This document shows, in pieces, positions 44,653 to 54,517 of a stretch of DNA of 64,000 bases. The stretch's first letter is position 1. Every line of letters begins with the position of its first letter. The stretch covers positions 62,001-126,000 of the IMG/VR virus record IMGVR_UViG_3300042922_001182; one strand, given 5' to 3'. Made by a program: the position numbers and the translations under genes. Under the pieces are notes generated by a model. That model saw only the letters and a list, made by a program, of their open reading frames with translations. It was not told the DNA's origin and did no database searches.

Positions 44653-45077
44653 TGGAGCCCTGGTTCGTCACGGGCCTCTGGAACGTCTTCAAGGACAAGG
44701 AGGACCCCAAGAGGGGCGTCATCACGGGCGCCATCGAGAGCGTCGTGATGAAGGAGATGACCAGACGGCACTTCCGCTACTCGGAGGAGAAGCCGGGGGG
44801 CATCACCGTCACCGAGGGCACCGTCCCCGACGACGTGGCGGAGGAGGTCTACGAGGCCTGCCTGGTCCGCATGGGCGAGCTCCGGACGGAGGACGAGCCC
44901 TACCGGGAGATCCCGGAGAACGAGGACGACGACGAGGCCACCGCAGAGGTGCGCCTGCTGCTGAGCGACATCATCAACGACATGATGAACGCCAGCGACA
45001 TCCAGACCGTATCCTGCTTCGTCCGTGCGGACGCGAAGAGGATCGAGCTGGTCAACCTGGAGGTGAAGGTCAAGTGA
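44652..45077 (+). CDS. Acidic hypothetical protein
   Basis: TGATG overlap. Confidence 0.7.
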   Translation: MEPWFVTGLWNVFKDKEDPKRGVITGAIESVVMKEMTRRHFRYSEEKPGGITVTEGTVPDDVAEEVYEACLVRMGELRTEDEPYREIPENEDDDEATAEVRLLLSDIINDMMNASDIQTVSCFVRADAKRIELVNLEVKVK

Positions 45078-45949
45078 TCAAGCGAATCAACGTCATGCGG
45101 GCCATCGAGGACCGCGTCAACGAGCCCCTGAAGGGCTTCGGGGTGCGCATCCTGTTCAAGGAGGCCACCGCCACTGGCTGGTACTCCGGCGCCATCGTCG
45201 ACGGCGAGGGCCGGTTGCTCTCTACGTGGTACTCCGGCTCCTCCTCCGGCCAGGACAGCCTCATCTCGGGGCACGCCAACCTCTCCAGCGCCAAGTTCGT
45301 CCTCGCCGAGTTCCTGCTGGACGACGCGTGGGCCCAGGAGCTCATCCGGGAGCACAGCTACGAGGTCCCCGAGCCCGTGGAGGAGGGCGAGGAACCCGTC
45401 TGGTGGTTCCGCCACGACTCCTGCGACGTCTTCGTGACCTCCAAGCAGCCCCACTCCGGTTCGGTCAGGGGCGTCATCAGGAGCATCAAGGACCCCGACC
45501 AGGACCCCCCGATCGCCACCTTCAGCGTGGACAACTGGGACCCGGGCAGGGACCTCTTCGCCTGGGCCTTCTCCTTCGAGCGGTCCAGCTCCATGCACGG
45601 CCGCCTCAAGGACTCCATCCAGAACAGGTGGAGGAACGAGCTCGTCAGCTACAAGCACCACCACAGCGCCCACAGCTGCACCGTGCGCTTCGCCGAGGCG
45701 GTCAACAAGCTCCCAGGGATCATGGCCGTCTACGCCGCCCGCTACCTCGTCGGCTGGGACTCCCCCAAGGAGAGCGTCCGCGTCGGCGTCCTGATCGGGG
45801 AGGGCCACGAGACCCACCAGGACGTCATCAGGCTCTACCACAAGGCACGGAGCGAGTCCCCGGGGTACGACCTCCACGTCAACCTGGACGTCTACAGCGA
45901 GGACGCCGAGGCGACCCTGGCCAAGATGCCGGGCATGATGAAGCTCTAG
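45074..45949 (+). CDS. Hypothetical protein
   Basis: GTGA overlap, codon bias. Confidence 0.7.
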   Translation: MIKRINVMRAIEDRVNEPLKGFGVRILFKEATATGWYSGAIVDGEGRLLSTWYSGSSSGQDSLISGHANLSSAKFVLAEFLLDDAWAQELIREHSYEVPEPVEEGEEPVWWFRHDSCDVFVTSKQPHSGSVRGVIRSIKDPDQDPPIATFSVDNWDPGRDLFAWAFSFERSSSMHGRLKDSIQNRWRNELVSYKHHHSAHSCTVRFAEAVNKLPGIMAVYAARYLVGWDSPKESVRVGVLIGEGHETHQDVIRLYHKARSESPGYDLHVNLDVYSEDAEATLAKMPGMMKL

Positions 45950-46029
45950 GCGGTTCCCCCTCCCCCCTCGCCCCTCCCCTTAGGGGGCGGGGGAACACCC
46001 CAACGCAGAACCAGGAGGTAAACGAACGC

Positions 46030-47823
46030 ATGCTAGACAAGATGCCCGCTGGGGGCAACTACCAGCTCCTCAACGTCATGTACGCCAAGCCCGGCCCCGA
46101 GATCGGGTGGGACAAGGACCACGTCGTCCTGGTCTACCGGGACGAGGACACCAACGAGAAGAGGGTCCAGGTCATCGACGACCCGAAGTTCACCTGGCAC
46201 ATCAACAGGGAGGACACCTGGCTGAAGACCCCCGTGCGGGCGGTCCAGCCCCAGGACGTGGACGCCATCACCAGCCTCTACAGGGACCGCTTCCGCGACA
46301 TGGCGGAGGAGCTGGACTTGATGGCCTTCTACAACGAGAAGCGCAAGTCGGGCAACCGCTACCTGTGGAACCAGCTCCACCTCAACTACAACGTCCACGG
46401 CACCGACACGGACATCCGGGACTACTTCATCGCCCAGTTCCTCGACAGGTACCCCTACGAGGGCAAGCTCAACAAGCTGACCAAGGGCTACTACGACATC
46501 GAGGTCAACCAGAACGACTTCGACGGCACCTTCCCGGATGAGCACTACGCCCCCTGCCCGATCGACCTCATCACTGTCTTCTTCGACCAGGACATGACGT
46601 GCCACACGTTCGCCCTGGTGTTCGAGGACAACCCCCAGATGATGGCCCTGGACGAGGACGCGTTCAACGCCAAGACCGTGGAGCGCATCAGGGCCGAGAC
46701 CGGGGACACCATCACGAGCGAGATCCACTGGCACTACGACGAACTGGAGATGATCAAGGCGTTCTTCGACCTCGTGGACGAGAAGGCCCCCGACTACATG
46801 CTCGCCTGGAACGCCAAGTTCGACCTGCTGACGCTGATCAACCGCATCAACCAGCTGGGCGCCCGCATGAGCACGGACGACATCGTCAGGGTCCTGGGCA
46901 TCACCGAGAGGCAGGCCTCCGGCAAGGACCGCATCACCCCGGCCGACATCATGTGCTCCAAGAGGATCCCCATCCAGATCCCCCCGTACTTCAAGGAGGA
47001 CACGCGCACCCAGGAGCACGCCGACAAGAACGAGATGTTCGACTGCTCCTCCATGGCCATCTGGATCGACCAGCTCATCGCATACGCCCAGCTCCGCAAG
47101 GTGTCGGGCAAGAAGGACAGCTACGCCCTGAACGCCATCGCCGAGGACGAGCTGAAGGCCAAGAAGGACGTGATGCCCCCCGGGGCCAACATCCGCAACA
47201 TCAACCTGGTGGACTACGAGGCGTTCGTGTCGTACAACATCAACGACGTGATCCTCCTCTACCGCCTGGAGAAGAAGAACAAGGACATGGAGCAGCTGCA
47301 CAACCTCGGCCTGATGACGCAGACCCGCGTCCAGAGGGCTATGGCGAAGACCGTCTGCCTCAAGAACTTCTTCTCCAAGTTCTGCAAGATCCAGGGCTGG
47401 ATCATGTCGAACAACCGCAACCAGACGTACGGCAAGGAGGGCCCGCCCTCCGACAAGTTCCTGGGCGCGTTCGTGGCCGACCCCAACATGAACATGCCCG
47501 CAGGGGCGGACATGGGGAACGGCAGGCGCTCCCGCTACCTGTTCGAGAACGTCATCGACATGGACCTCTCGTCCCTGTACCCGTCCATCATCCTGGCGTG
47601 CAACATCGACGTCGGCACCCAGATGGGCAAGCTGCTCTTCGACACCTACGACCACGTCGCGGCGGACGGGACCCGCTTCACGATGGAGACGGAGGAGTCC
47701 AAGGAGAGGGCGGCGTCGTTCTGCGACAGCATGGCCTCCAGGGACATGGCGGCCATCGGCAACAAGTACTTCGGCCTCCCGAGCGTGGAGGACATGGTCA
47801 AGGAGGTGGCTCTGTGTCTGTGA
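46030..47823 (+). CDS. Family B DNA polymerase, N-terminal subunit (3'-5' exonuclease + motif A) of a split polymerase
   Basis: ExoI YYDIEV, ExoII AWNAKFDL, SYALNAIA, ExoIII YNINDV, GAFVADP, motif A DMDLSSLYPSII; ends before motifs B/C; AGGAGGT RBS. Confidence 0.9.
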   Translation: MLDKMPAGGNYQLLNVMYAKPGPEIGWDKDHVVLVYRDEDTNEKRVQVIDDPKFTWHINREDTWLKTPVRAVQPQDVDAITSLYRDRFRDMAEELDLMAFYNEKRKSGNRYLWNQLHLNYNVHGTDTDIRDYFIAQFLDRYPYEGKLNKLTKGYYDIEVNQNDFDGTFPDEHYAPCPIDLITVFFDQDMTCHTFALVFEDNPQMMALDEDAFNAKTVERIRAETGDTITSEIHWHYDELEMIKAFFDLVDEKAPDYMLAWNAKFDLLTLINRINQLGARMSTDDIVRVLGITERQASGKDRITPADIMCSKRIPIQIPPYFKEDTRTQEHADKNEMFDCSSMAIWIDQLIAYAQLRKVSGKKDSYALNAIAEDELKAKKDVMPPGANIRNINLVDYEAFVSYNINDVILLYRLEKKNKDMEQLHNLGLMTQTRVQRAMAKTVCLKNFFSKFCKIQGWIMSNNRNQTYGKEGPPSDKFLGAFVADPNMNMPAGADMGNGRRSRYLFENVIDMDLSSLYPSIILACNIDVGTQMGKLLFDTYDHVAADGTRFTMETEESKERAASFCDSMASRDMAAIGNKYFGLPSVEDMVKEVALCL

Positions 47824-48260
47824 TTCACAAGAAGGGTCTGCACAAGGTGGGGCTAGAAAGGCCCCCCTTGGACATCCCGAAGGCGATCGCCCTGCTGGAC
47901 GAGCTCAGGACGACGCTGATCAAGCTCGGCTACAACGTCGAGCACAAGGCGAGCGACACCTACCTGTGGCTGGTCCTGTACGAGAAGGACGACAAGGCCC
48001 CCGTCTCCAGGGTCTATGCCCACAGCAGGGCCCTCCAGGTCGAGCGCTGCACCGGGGAGGGCGACCCGGGCCCGTTCATCGACCGGGCGGGCGAGGTCAT
48101 CTTCGATCAGATCGACGACCCGGAGGCCGTGGACGACTACGGCTGGATCCCGGTGGCCCAGGTCGAGAACGGCCGCCTCCCCTTCGAGGAGTGCCTGGAC
48201 ATCCTGGTGGACCTCCTGACCCGTGGTGCGCAGAAGCGCGCCTCCTGGAGGGCCAGGTGA
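47814..48260 (+). CDS. Hypothetical protein
   Basis: AAGGAGGT RBS with GTG start. Confidence 0.65.
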   Translation: MSVIHKKGLHKVGLERPPLDIPKAIALLDELRTTLIKLGYNVEHKASDTYLWLVLYEKDDKAPVSRVYAHSRALQVERCTGEGDPGPFIDRAGEVIFDQIDDPEAVDDYGWIPVAQVENGRLPFEECLDILVDLLTRGAQKRASWRAR

Positions 48261-48640
48261 TGGTGAGGCACAACGGCTCCGAAGGCGGTAGGAGGTTCGC
48301 GGAGAGCTTCATGGAGGCCTCCCAGAACATCCACGCCCGCATGTCCCAGGAGGCGGTCTGGCTGGCGGGCTTCCGCCGCCTGGCCGCCGTCCACGACAAC
48401 AACGGCTGGGTGGACCGCGAGCGCAAGACCATCAAGGTCCTGGCCGACCCCCGGCTCAACCGGGGCGTCAGGGTGGGCTCCCTGGTGGCCCTCATGGACC
48501 CCTACCTCAACGGCGAGTTCCAGCTGGTGGAGATCACGGCCATCGACCACCCCGGCCAGAGGCACAACGACTCCGCCTACGGCCTGCACTACCGGCACGT
48601 CGGACCGAAGATGAAGGTCCCCCAGGAGGCGTACCAGTGA
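48260..48640 (+). CDS. Hypothetical protein
   Basis: TGATG overlap. Confidence 0.65.
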   Translation: MVRHNGSEGGRRFAESFMEASQNIHARMSQEAVWLAGFRRLAAVHDNNGWVDRERKTIKVLADPRLNRGVRVGSLVALMDPYLNGEFQLVEITAIDHPGQRHNDSAYGLHYRHVGPKMKVPQEAYQ

Positions 48641-48834
48641 AGAGCCTCTTCGCAAAGAACCTCAACTACACCAGGCAGGGCCTGAAGTTCAGGTCGGAGG
48701 TCCAGGAGGTCGCCGAGATGCTGGCCCAAAAGATCGAGGAGAGGGGCTACGACCCCCACCACGCGGCGGAGGTCCTCTCCCTGGAAGTACTGACGGCTTA
48801 CAAGGCCATCGCGGATAGCAAGAAAGGTAGCTAG
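48637..48834 (+). CDS. Small hypothetical protein
   Basis: AGGAGG RBS, GTGA overlap. Confidence 0.6.
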   Translation: MKSLFAKNLNYTRQGLKFRSEVQEVAEMLAQKIEERGYDPHHAAEVLSLEVLTAYKAIADSKKGS

Positions 48835-48840
48835 AGCACT

Positions 48841-49263
48841 ATGAACTTCGACCCCAAGGCCCAGCAGGAGGCCGTCGCCCTCGTCAAGGCCCTCTCCGAC
48901 AAGCTCGGCGTGGCCGCAGACCAGGCCTACAAGCACGTCTACGGCCAGATCATCGCGGAGGGCGTCAGCGCCCTGATGCTCAGCCTCGCCGTCATCGCCA
49001 TAGCCTTCGCCCTCTCCCACGACGCCGCCCGCAAGGCCACCTGGGCCTACGGCGAGTGGCGCGAGGCCAAGAGCAAGGACACCAGCTACGGCGAGGGCGA
49101 CGGTATGTTCATGATCTGCCTGCTCTGGAGTGGCGTGGCGATCGCCTGCGGCATCACCCTCGTCTGCCAGCTCTACGAGTTCGCCGCTGCGCTCAGGACG
49201 CTCTCCAACGCCGAGTATCACACCCTGCAGCGCATCCTGTGGCTCGTGGGGCAGCTGCGATGA
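48841..49263 (+). CDS. Membrane protein (2 TM)
   Basis: Two hydrophobic segments; N.EY..L..I end. Confidence 0.7.
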   Translation: MNFDPKAQQEAVALVKALSDKLGVAADQAYKHVYGQIIAEGVSALMLSLAVIAIAFALSHDAARKATWAYGEWREAKSKDTSYGEGDGMFMICLLWSGVAIACGITLVCQLYEFAAALRTLSNAEYHTLQRILWLVGQLR

Positions 49264-49823
49264 GCGAGCAGTACTGGCCGCCCAAGGAGGCGCGGAACAC
49301 GGAGACGGCCCCCATCCGGGTCTTCGTCAACCCCGGTAGCACCCGCATCGGCTACGAGATCTACCCGGACGAGGTGGCCGCCCTCCCCTCCGACGCCAGG
49401 GAGGACCTGGCCAAGCTCCTGGAGACCATGGCGCAGCACGTCCGGGGCGTCGACACCGGGCTGATCGACAGCGTCCGCGAGCCCGAGAGCCTGGAGGACT
49501 GCCGCAAGGCCCTCCACGATGCCCTGGCCGGTCACCCGGCCAACATCACCGTCCAGCAGCGCTCCGACCTCGTCGAGGGGACGCTCAAGCGCGTCGAGCG
49601 GCTCGACAAGCCCTCCCTGCCCCCCGGCACGAGGGTCCTGGCCGGGATGCGCAGGTACACCGCCATCATCGCGCCCGGGGACCCCATCGACTGGCTTCCG
49701 GGCAAGGTTCTCAGGAAGACCTACTTCGACAAGTTCGCCAACAGCAACCACTACGAGGTGGAGCTGGACACCGGCGACATCGTGAGGGTCGACGACAACA
49801 TGATCAAGAAAGAAAAGGTGTAG
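49260..49823 (+). CDS. Hypothetical protein with C-terminal SH3/Tudor-like module
   Basis: ATGA overlap; W.PGKV...YEVELDTG. Confidence 0.65.
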   Translation: MSEQYWPPKEARNTETAPIRVFVNPGSTRIGYEIYPDEVAALPSDAREDLAKLLETMAQHVRGVDTGLIDSVREPESLEDCRKALHDALAGHPANITVQQRSDLVEGTLKRVERLDKPSLPPGTRVLAGMRRYTAIIAPGDPIDWLPGKVLRKTYFDKFANSNHYEVELDTGDIVRVDDNMIKKEKV

Positions 49824-49826
49824 CCC

Positions 49827-50342
49827 ATGCTACGAGACCGCATCAGGGCCTTCTTCGACAGGCTCTTCGGGTACGAGATCATCCTCGGCGACGTCGACCC
49901 CAAGGAGATCGAGCAGAGCAACGGGGAGCTGCACGCCAACGCCCACCTGGCGATCGCCATCGAGGAGGTCTCCAAGGCCTACTCGGACCTCCCCACCGAC
50001 CACCCCGGCGAGCGCCCCCTCCGCAGGGCCCTGGAGCACCTGGGCGGCGTCGCGGGGCGGCCCCTTATGGGCCCCCACCGGGAGTACGTGCCACAGGGCA
50101 ACCTGGGGTGCCCCGAGCTGGTGGAGGCCGGGTCCCGGTTCACCTACGTCAAGGCCGTCAGGGACGCCGCCCGCCTCGCGCACATGGAGAAGTACGCGGC
50201 GGAGCAGGGCATTTGCCCCTCCTGCCATCGGATCGCCATGTGGTGCCCGTGCAAGAAGTTCCACACCCCCGGTAATACCCCGGAGTGCTTCCTCGACGGC
50301 GTCGACTGCATGGTCTGCAACCAGGGTAAGCACTTCAAATAG
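49827..50342 (+). CDS. Hypothetical protein with Cys-rich C-terminus
   Basis: CPSC..WCPC...C...C..C. Confidence 0.65.
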   Translation: MLRDRIRAFFDRLFGYEIILGDVDPKEIEQSNGELHANAHLAIAIEEVSKAYSDLPTDHPGERPLRRALEHLGGVAGRPLMGPHREYVPQGNLGCPELVEAGSRFTYVKAVRDAARLAHMEKYAAEQGICPSCHRIAMWCPCKKFHTPGNTPECFLDGVDCMVCNQGKHFK

Positions 50343-50355
50343 GAGGTTTCAAACG

Positions 50356-50649
50356 ATGCCGAACTGGACCGACGAGTCCTACGCCACCCTGGGCAAGGTG
50401 ATCGTCCTCGCCATCGCCTGCATCCTGGCGTCGGGCCTCTGGATGGTGGCGGTCAACAGGCTGGCCCAGGCCCTGGGCTGGACCTTCGCGCTGGCGTCCT
50501 ACGCCCTCAAGAGCAACCTCGTCGGCGGCGAGCGCGGGGCCGGGGACGAGTACTACTGCGCCATCTGCGACGAGTGGCGGAAGAAGCCCGAGAGGGTACC
50601 GAGGAACGCCGACGGCGACTACGCCGACCTGAACAACGAGGAGGAGTAG
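50356..50649 (+). CDS. Small membrane protein
   Basis: AGGAGGT RBS, TM helix. Confidence 0.65.
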   Translation: MPNWTDESYATLGKVIVLAIACILASGLWMVAVNRLAQALGWTFALASYALKSNLVGGERGAGDEYYCAICDEWRKKPERVPRNADGDYADLNNEEE

Positions 50650-50847
50650 GTGACCAACCACGACATCAACACCTGCCCCCTCTGCTCCGAGACCTTCGTG
50701 CGGCCCCACGACCCCGAGACCTGCGGTGGGTGCCTGGACCCGAGGGCCCAGTGCGTCACCATCGTCCTGGAGTGCGGTACCGTCTACCCGTTCGACCAGG
50801 GTCTCCTGGATCGGCTCAAGAGGAGGGTCGAGAATGCAGGTCTTTAG
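50650..50847 (+). CDS. Small Zn-ribbon protein
   Basis: CPLC...CGGC. Confidence 0.6.
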   Translation: MTNHDINTCPLCSETFVRPHDPETCGGCLDPRAQCVTIVLECGTVYPFDQGLLDRLKRRVENAGL

Positions 50848-51031
50848 CGGGGAGCAGGAAGCCAAGAACTTCAGCACCGCCGTCCGCATCGCGTCCCGCC
50901 TCCGGGAGGTCCGCGAGTCCAAGGCCCGCAGCATGGAGCACCACGACGCCAAGACGGCCAAGCACCTTCTGGACACCGGGATGCCCGAGGCCCAGGTGGA
51001 CGCTATCCTCATGGCCATCGTCATCGGCTAG
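50834..51031 (+). CDS. Small hypothetical protein
   Basis: AGGAGG RBS. Confidence 0.6.
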   Translation: MQVFSGEQEAKNFSTAVRIASRLREVRESKARSMEHHDAKTAKHLLDTGMPEAQVDAILMAIVIG

Positions 51032-51096
51032 CAGATCTCAAGGCCCTTCTCGGAGACCCCGGGAAGGGCCCTCCCTAACCCCCCAAACCCCCCGGC

Positions 51097-51108
51097 AACA
51101 CCCCGCTA
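51097..51108 (+). promoter_or_regulatory. Late-type promoter AACA-ccccgc-TA
   Basis: Exact motif after hairpin 51042-51070. Confidence 0.5.
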
Positions 51109-51128
51109 GGCACGAGGAGGGCCACGAG

Positions 51129-51305
51129 ATGAAAAAGGACGACGTCCGCTTTGTCCTGACGGGCCAAGGCGGTTCATACGGCCACGCGGCCGACCTGCAC
51201 TCGAACCAGACCTGCGAGGTGTGCTCCGGCCCCGCCCCGCACGGCTCGACCGTGTGCGGTCCCAAGTGCGCCGAGGAGCAGTACGAGAGGGAGAACCAGA
51301 GGTGA
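51129..51305 (+). CDS. Small Zn-finger protein
   Basis: GAGGAGG RBS; CEVC...CGPKC. Confidence 0.6.
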   Translation: MKKDDVRFVLTGQGGSYGHAADLHSNQTCEVCSGPAPHGSTVCGPKCAEEQYERENQR

Positions 51306-52075
51306 GGTACGACGCGGACATCGCCAAGGAGGTCCTCAAGGCCCTCCACGACATCAACCAGGGGCTCAAGAACGCCCCGGACGGCTGGAAGTCCTGGTAC
51401 CTCCAGCAGGGCCAGGGCATCACGGCCATGAAGACGGAGAGCGGCGGGCTGTTCGGGGTCTCCCGGGCCACCCTGTACCAGGAGGCCGAGGGGCCGCTGG
51501 CCGCCAAGAAGCCGAAGGAGAGCAGGGCGATCTCCATGCTCACGTCGGAGGACTTCCAGTTCGGCCAGGACGGCGAGCTGTTCCTGGAGGTCCACTGCAA
51601 GGAGTTCTACGCCTTCTGGGACAACCACCGCAACGACCTGGAGGGCCTGGAGCTCACCCTGGAGGGGGCGGTCTTCCACACCACCGTCCCGGGGGTGACC
51701 CTGGGGCTCGCGGCCTCCGAGGGACCGGCCGACCTGGGGCGGGTGATCGACCTGCTGGCGGACCTCTACGAGCTTCCCGAGACTAGGTTCTCAGTAGGGG
51801 CCGAGGTCTACGAGGCCGTCAAGGGATCCGATGGCGCGGTCGACCTGTACCTGGACTCCGCCCGTGGGACAGTGACCCTCGAAAACGATCCGGACCACGT
51901 AGACGCGGTTCGGGTAAGCAGCAAGTTCCTGGTCGGCTGGGGCGCCAAGGGCGTCAAGAGCGTCCTGCTCACCGACCTCCCCGCGCCGGTTGCCGGGGCC
52001 CGCATAGCCACCCTTGAGTGCCTGGGGAAGACCGCGTCCTTCGCGACGTCGTTCCCCGTGGTGCCGATGAGGTAG
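51302..52075 (+). CDS. Hypothetical protein
   Basis: GTGA overlap, codon bias. Confidence 0.7.
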   Translation: MRYDADIAKEVLKALHDINQGLKNAPDGWKSWYLQQGQGITAMKTESGGLFGVSRATLYQEAEGPLAAKKPKESRAISMLTSEDFQFGQDGELFLEVHCKEFYAFWDNHRNDLEGLELTLEGAVFHTTVPGVTLGLAASEGPADLGRVIDLLADLYELPETRFSVGAEVYEAVKGSDGAVDLYLDSARGTVTLENDPDHVDAVRVSSKFLVGWGAKGVKSVLLTDLPAPVAGARIATLECLGKTASFATSFPVVPMR

Positions 52076-52084
52076 GGGGACGAC

Positions 52085-52195
52085 GTGACCGCCTACGACT
52101 GGACCCTGGTCGGCGCCCTGGCCGCCGTGGTGCTCCCCCTCCCCCTGGGCCTGCTGGCCCTCGGGCTCACCCCCACAGAGAGGAAGACGAAGTGA
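52085..52195 (+). CDS. Small membrane peptide, 36 aa
   Basis: AGGGGG RBS, GTG start, TM helix. Confidence 0.45.
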   Translation: MTAYDWTLVGALAAVVLPLPLGLLALGLTPTERKTK

Positions 52196-52683
52196 CCGAC
52201 GACAACGAGACCAACAGGGCCCCGCGCCCCGGGTTCACCCCGCCCACGGGGCCCGCCGACCCGTTCCGGAACCTGCCCGAGAGGCTGAGGCCGCCCGGCG
52301 ACGACCACCTGCGGCACACGCCCAGGCTGTTCCAGGACCCCGAGCTGTTCCCGGCGGCGCAGAGGTCGCCCTCCCTCGGCGACCACGACGGCGACCTGGA
52401 GGAGACCTACGAGGTCTGCGACGACGACCCGGCGCTGGTGCTGAGCATCGTCAAGGGCGGCCGGCCCCAGACGGCGCTCATCGTCGAGCAGGACGGCACG
52501 TTCCGGTTCTGCCCGAACGGCTACAGCGAGGCCGTTAGGGTCTCCCCCGACGGCACCTTCCTGGTGAACGGCGAGGAGGTCACCTGCGACAGCGACCTGT
52601 ACGCGGGGTTCGCCAGGATGTTCAAGGGGCTGTACGACGGCGGCACGCCCGTCAGGCTGATCACGGAAGAGGAGGCAGAGTAG
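52192..52683 (+). CDS. Hypothetical protein
   Basis: GTGA overlap. Confidence 0.65.
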   Translation: MTDDNETNRAPRPGFTPPTGPADPFRNLPERLRPPGDDHLRHTPRLFQDPELFPAAQRSPSLGDHDGDLEETYEVCDDDPALVLSIVKGGRPQTALIVEQDGTFRFCPNGYSEAVRVSPDGTFLVNGEEVTCDSDLYAGFARMFKGLYDGGTPVRLITEEEAE

Positions 52684-53073
52684 ATGTTCGTCGACAAGAA
52701 GAGGCTGAACTACCCCGGGGACGCGCTGGCGGAGGCCTCGCAGGACCTGAACCGCAACCTGGAGAGGATGGCCGAGGTCATGGCGTCCGTGCGGCAGCAC
52801 GAGGAGGAGCTGAGGCGCCTGCAGGGGATCAAGGAGATGGTGGAGCGCGACATCGCGTCCTCCCGGGCGGCCCTCCTGGAGGTGGCCGGTGCCGAGCTGG
52901 CCCTCGCCGCGAGGCAGAGGGAAGAGGAGGCCCGCGAGCCCCTGGGGGACTTCCTGACCGAGGTAAAGTCCGAGAGGGCCGACCCCTCCCTGGAGGAGCT
53001 GAGCTCCCGGCTGCGCGGCGACCAGCCCGAAGACTACAACGTGACGCTCCGCAGCGGCGTACACTTCCAATAG
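52684..53073 (+). CDS. Coiled-coil hypothetical protein
   Basis: GAGGAGG RBS. Confidence 0.7.
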   Translation: MFVDKKRLNYPGDALAEASQDLNRNLERMAEVMASVRQHEEELRRLQGIKEMVERDIASSRAALLEVAGAELALAARQREEEAREPLGDFLTEVKSERADPSLEELSSRLRGDQPEDYNVTLRSGVHFQ

Positions 53074-53084
53074 AGAGAAGAGAC

Positions 53085-53873
53085 ATGACCGAAACGCACA
53101 ACCCCATCACCCCCATCGCCTCCTGCTACGTCCACCGCGACGGCAGGTTCCTGATGCAGCTCCACGCCAAGGAGGGCGTGTGGTTCCCGCCGGGGGGCAA
53201 GATCGACACCAAGGCCAACGAGCTGCCCTACGAGGCCGCCGCCCGCGAGACCCTGGAGGAGACCGGCATCAGCGTCTTCCTCCCCGACCCCACCGTCATG
53301 GACGGCAACACGGTCGACCTGCCCCTCCCCGTCGCCATGCAGACGGAGACCTACATGGGCAAGGACGGCGTGGAGCGGGTGTACCTGAACCACGTCTTCG
53401 TGGCCGAGTGCCCCGAGGGCGCGGAGTACAGCGGCAACCAGGAGAGCCTGGACCACGGCTGGTTCACCCCCGCCGAGATGATGCTCCTGCCCAAGTTCCC
53501 CCTCGCCATCCAGAAGCGGGCCGCGTCCATGCTGGTCTTCGTCGAGACGATGAAGTCGGCGGGCATGTGGCCCTACAACAGGCCCAAGACGCTCCTGGAG
53601 GTCTTCGCGGAGCAGACGGTCCCGTACCAGCCGCTCCCCGAGGGCGGCCTGGGCCGGATCGCCAGCAACATCCTGAAGAGCGTGGGCGAGGAGTCGGACG
53701 AGTTCGAGATCCCCAGGGCCTGGACCGAGGGAGGCGAGCACCGCTTGGACATCGACCGCATTTCACAGACCTTCCACGTACCCTCGGAGATGATCCGATC
53801 CGACGAGGAAACCAAGAACTTCATCGGCGCGACCGAGCACGTCGTCCCGATGACCTTCAAGGACCGTGCTTAG
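53085..53873 (+). CDS. Nudix hydrolase
   Basis: WFPPGGK.......E...EAAARETLEETGI Nudix box. Confidence 0.85.
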   Translation: MTETHNPITPIASCYVHRDGRFLMQLHAKEGVWFPPGGKIDTKANELPYEAAARETLEETGISVFLPDPTVMDGNTVDLPLPVAMQTETYMGKDGVERVYLNHVFVAECPEGAEYSGNQESLDHGWFTPAEMMLLPKFPLAIQKRAASMLVFVETMKSAGMWPYNRPKTLLEVFAEQTVPYQPLPEGGLGRIASNILKSVGEESDEFEIPRAWTEGGEHRLDIDRISQTFHVPSEMIRSDEETKNFIGATEHVVPMTFKDRA

Positions 53874-54243
53874 GATCTACACCGGGGAGGTGGGCAAGTA
53901 CCGGGGGCCCCACGGGCTCGACGTCACCGCCAGGAGCGGAGACCCGGTGTTCGCCCCCTCCTGGGAGATCGTCATGGGCAGCAAGTCCAGGAGGATCACC
54001 AGGGAGCGGTACATAGCGGAGTACGAACGCCTCCTGAGGGGGCAGTTCAAGGCCAACCTGGGGCGGGTGGAGGAGGTCCTCTCCCAGCCCTCGGTCGTCC
54101 TCCTCTGCTACTGCGACTGGAGGAAGGAGTTCTGCCACAGGCGCCATCTGGCGACGGTGCTCAAGCGCTTGGCGGACAGGGTCGGCATCGGAGCCGAGAT
54201 CATGGGGGAGGTCTCAAGGACCAACAGGCCCCCGGAGGAATGA
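53866..54243 (+). CDS. DUF488-like protein
   Basis: FAPSW...Y...Y...VVLLCYC....FCHRRHLA. Confidence 0.6.
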   Translation: MLRIYTGEVGKYRGPHGLDVTARSGDPVFAPSWEIVMGSKSRRITRERYIAEYERLLRGQFKANLGRVEEVLSQPSVVLLCYCDWRKEFCHRRHLATVLKRLADRVGIGAEIMGEVSRTNRPPEE

Positions 54244-54461
54244 CGATTGCACCACGCTATGGTGAGGCTCCCCAACCGGGAGGAGATGCGGCTCCTGGAG
54301 GAGTACACCGGCCTCAAGAGCATCCTGATCAGGGTGGGGGACTTCGCGTCCTGCGGGGTCGTGATGGCCCTATGGGAGCTGGCCCGCATGTGGCTGGGCT
54401 AGAGCCGATTCGGTGGGAAGGGGCCTCGCGGCTCCTTCCCGCCTCCCTCTTACCACGGTAG

Positions 54462-54473
54462 AACAACCACATA
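54462..54473 (+). promoter_or_regulatory. Late promoter AACA-accaca-TA
   Basis: Exact motif about 45 nt upstream of the portal gene. Confidence 0.65.
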
Positions 54474-54517
54474 TCCTAAAGACAGCAACGCGGCGAGGCC
54501 GCTAGGAGGCGAAGCAG

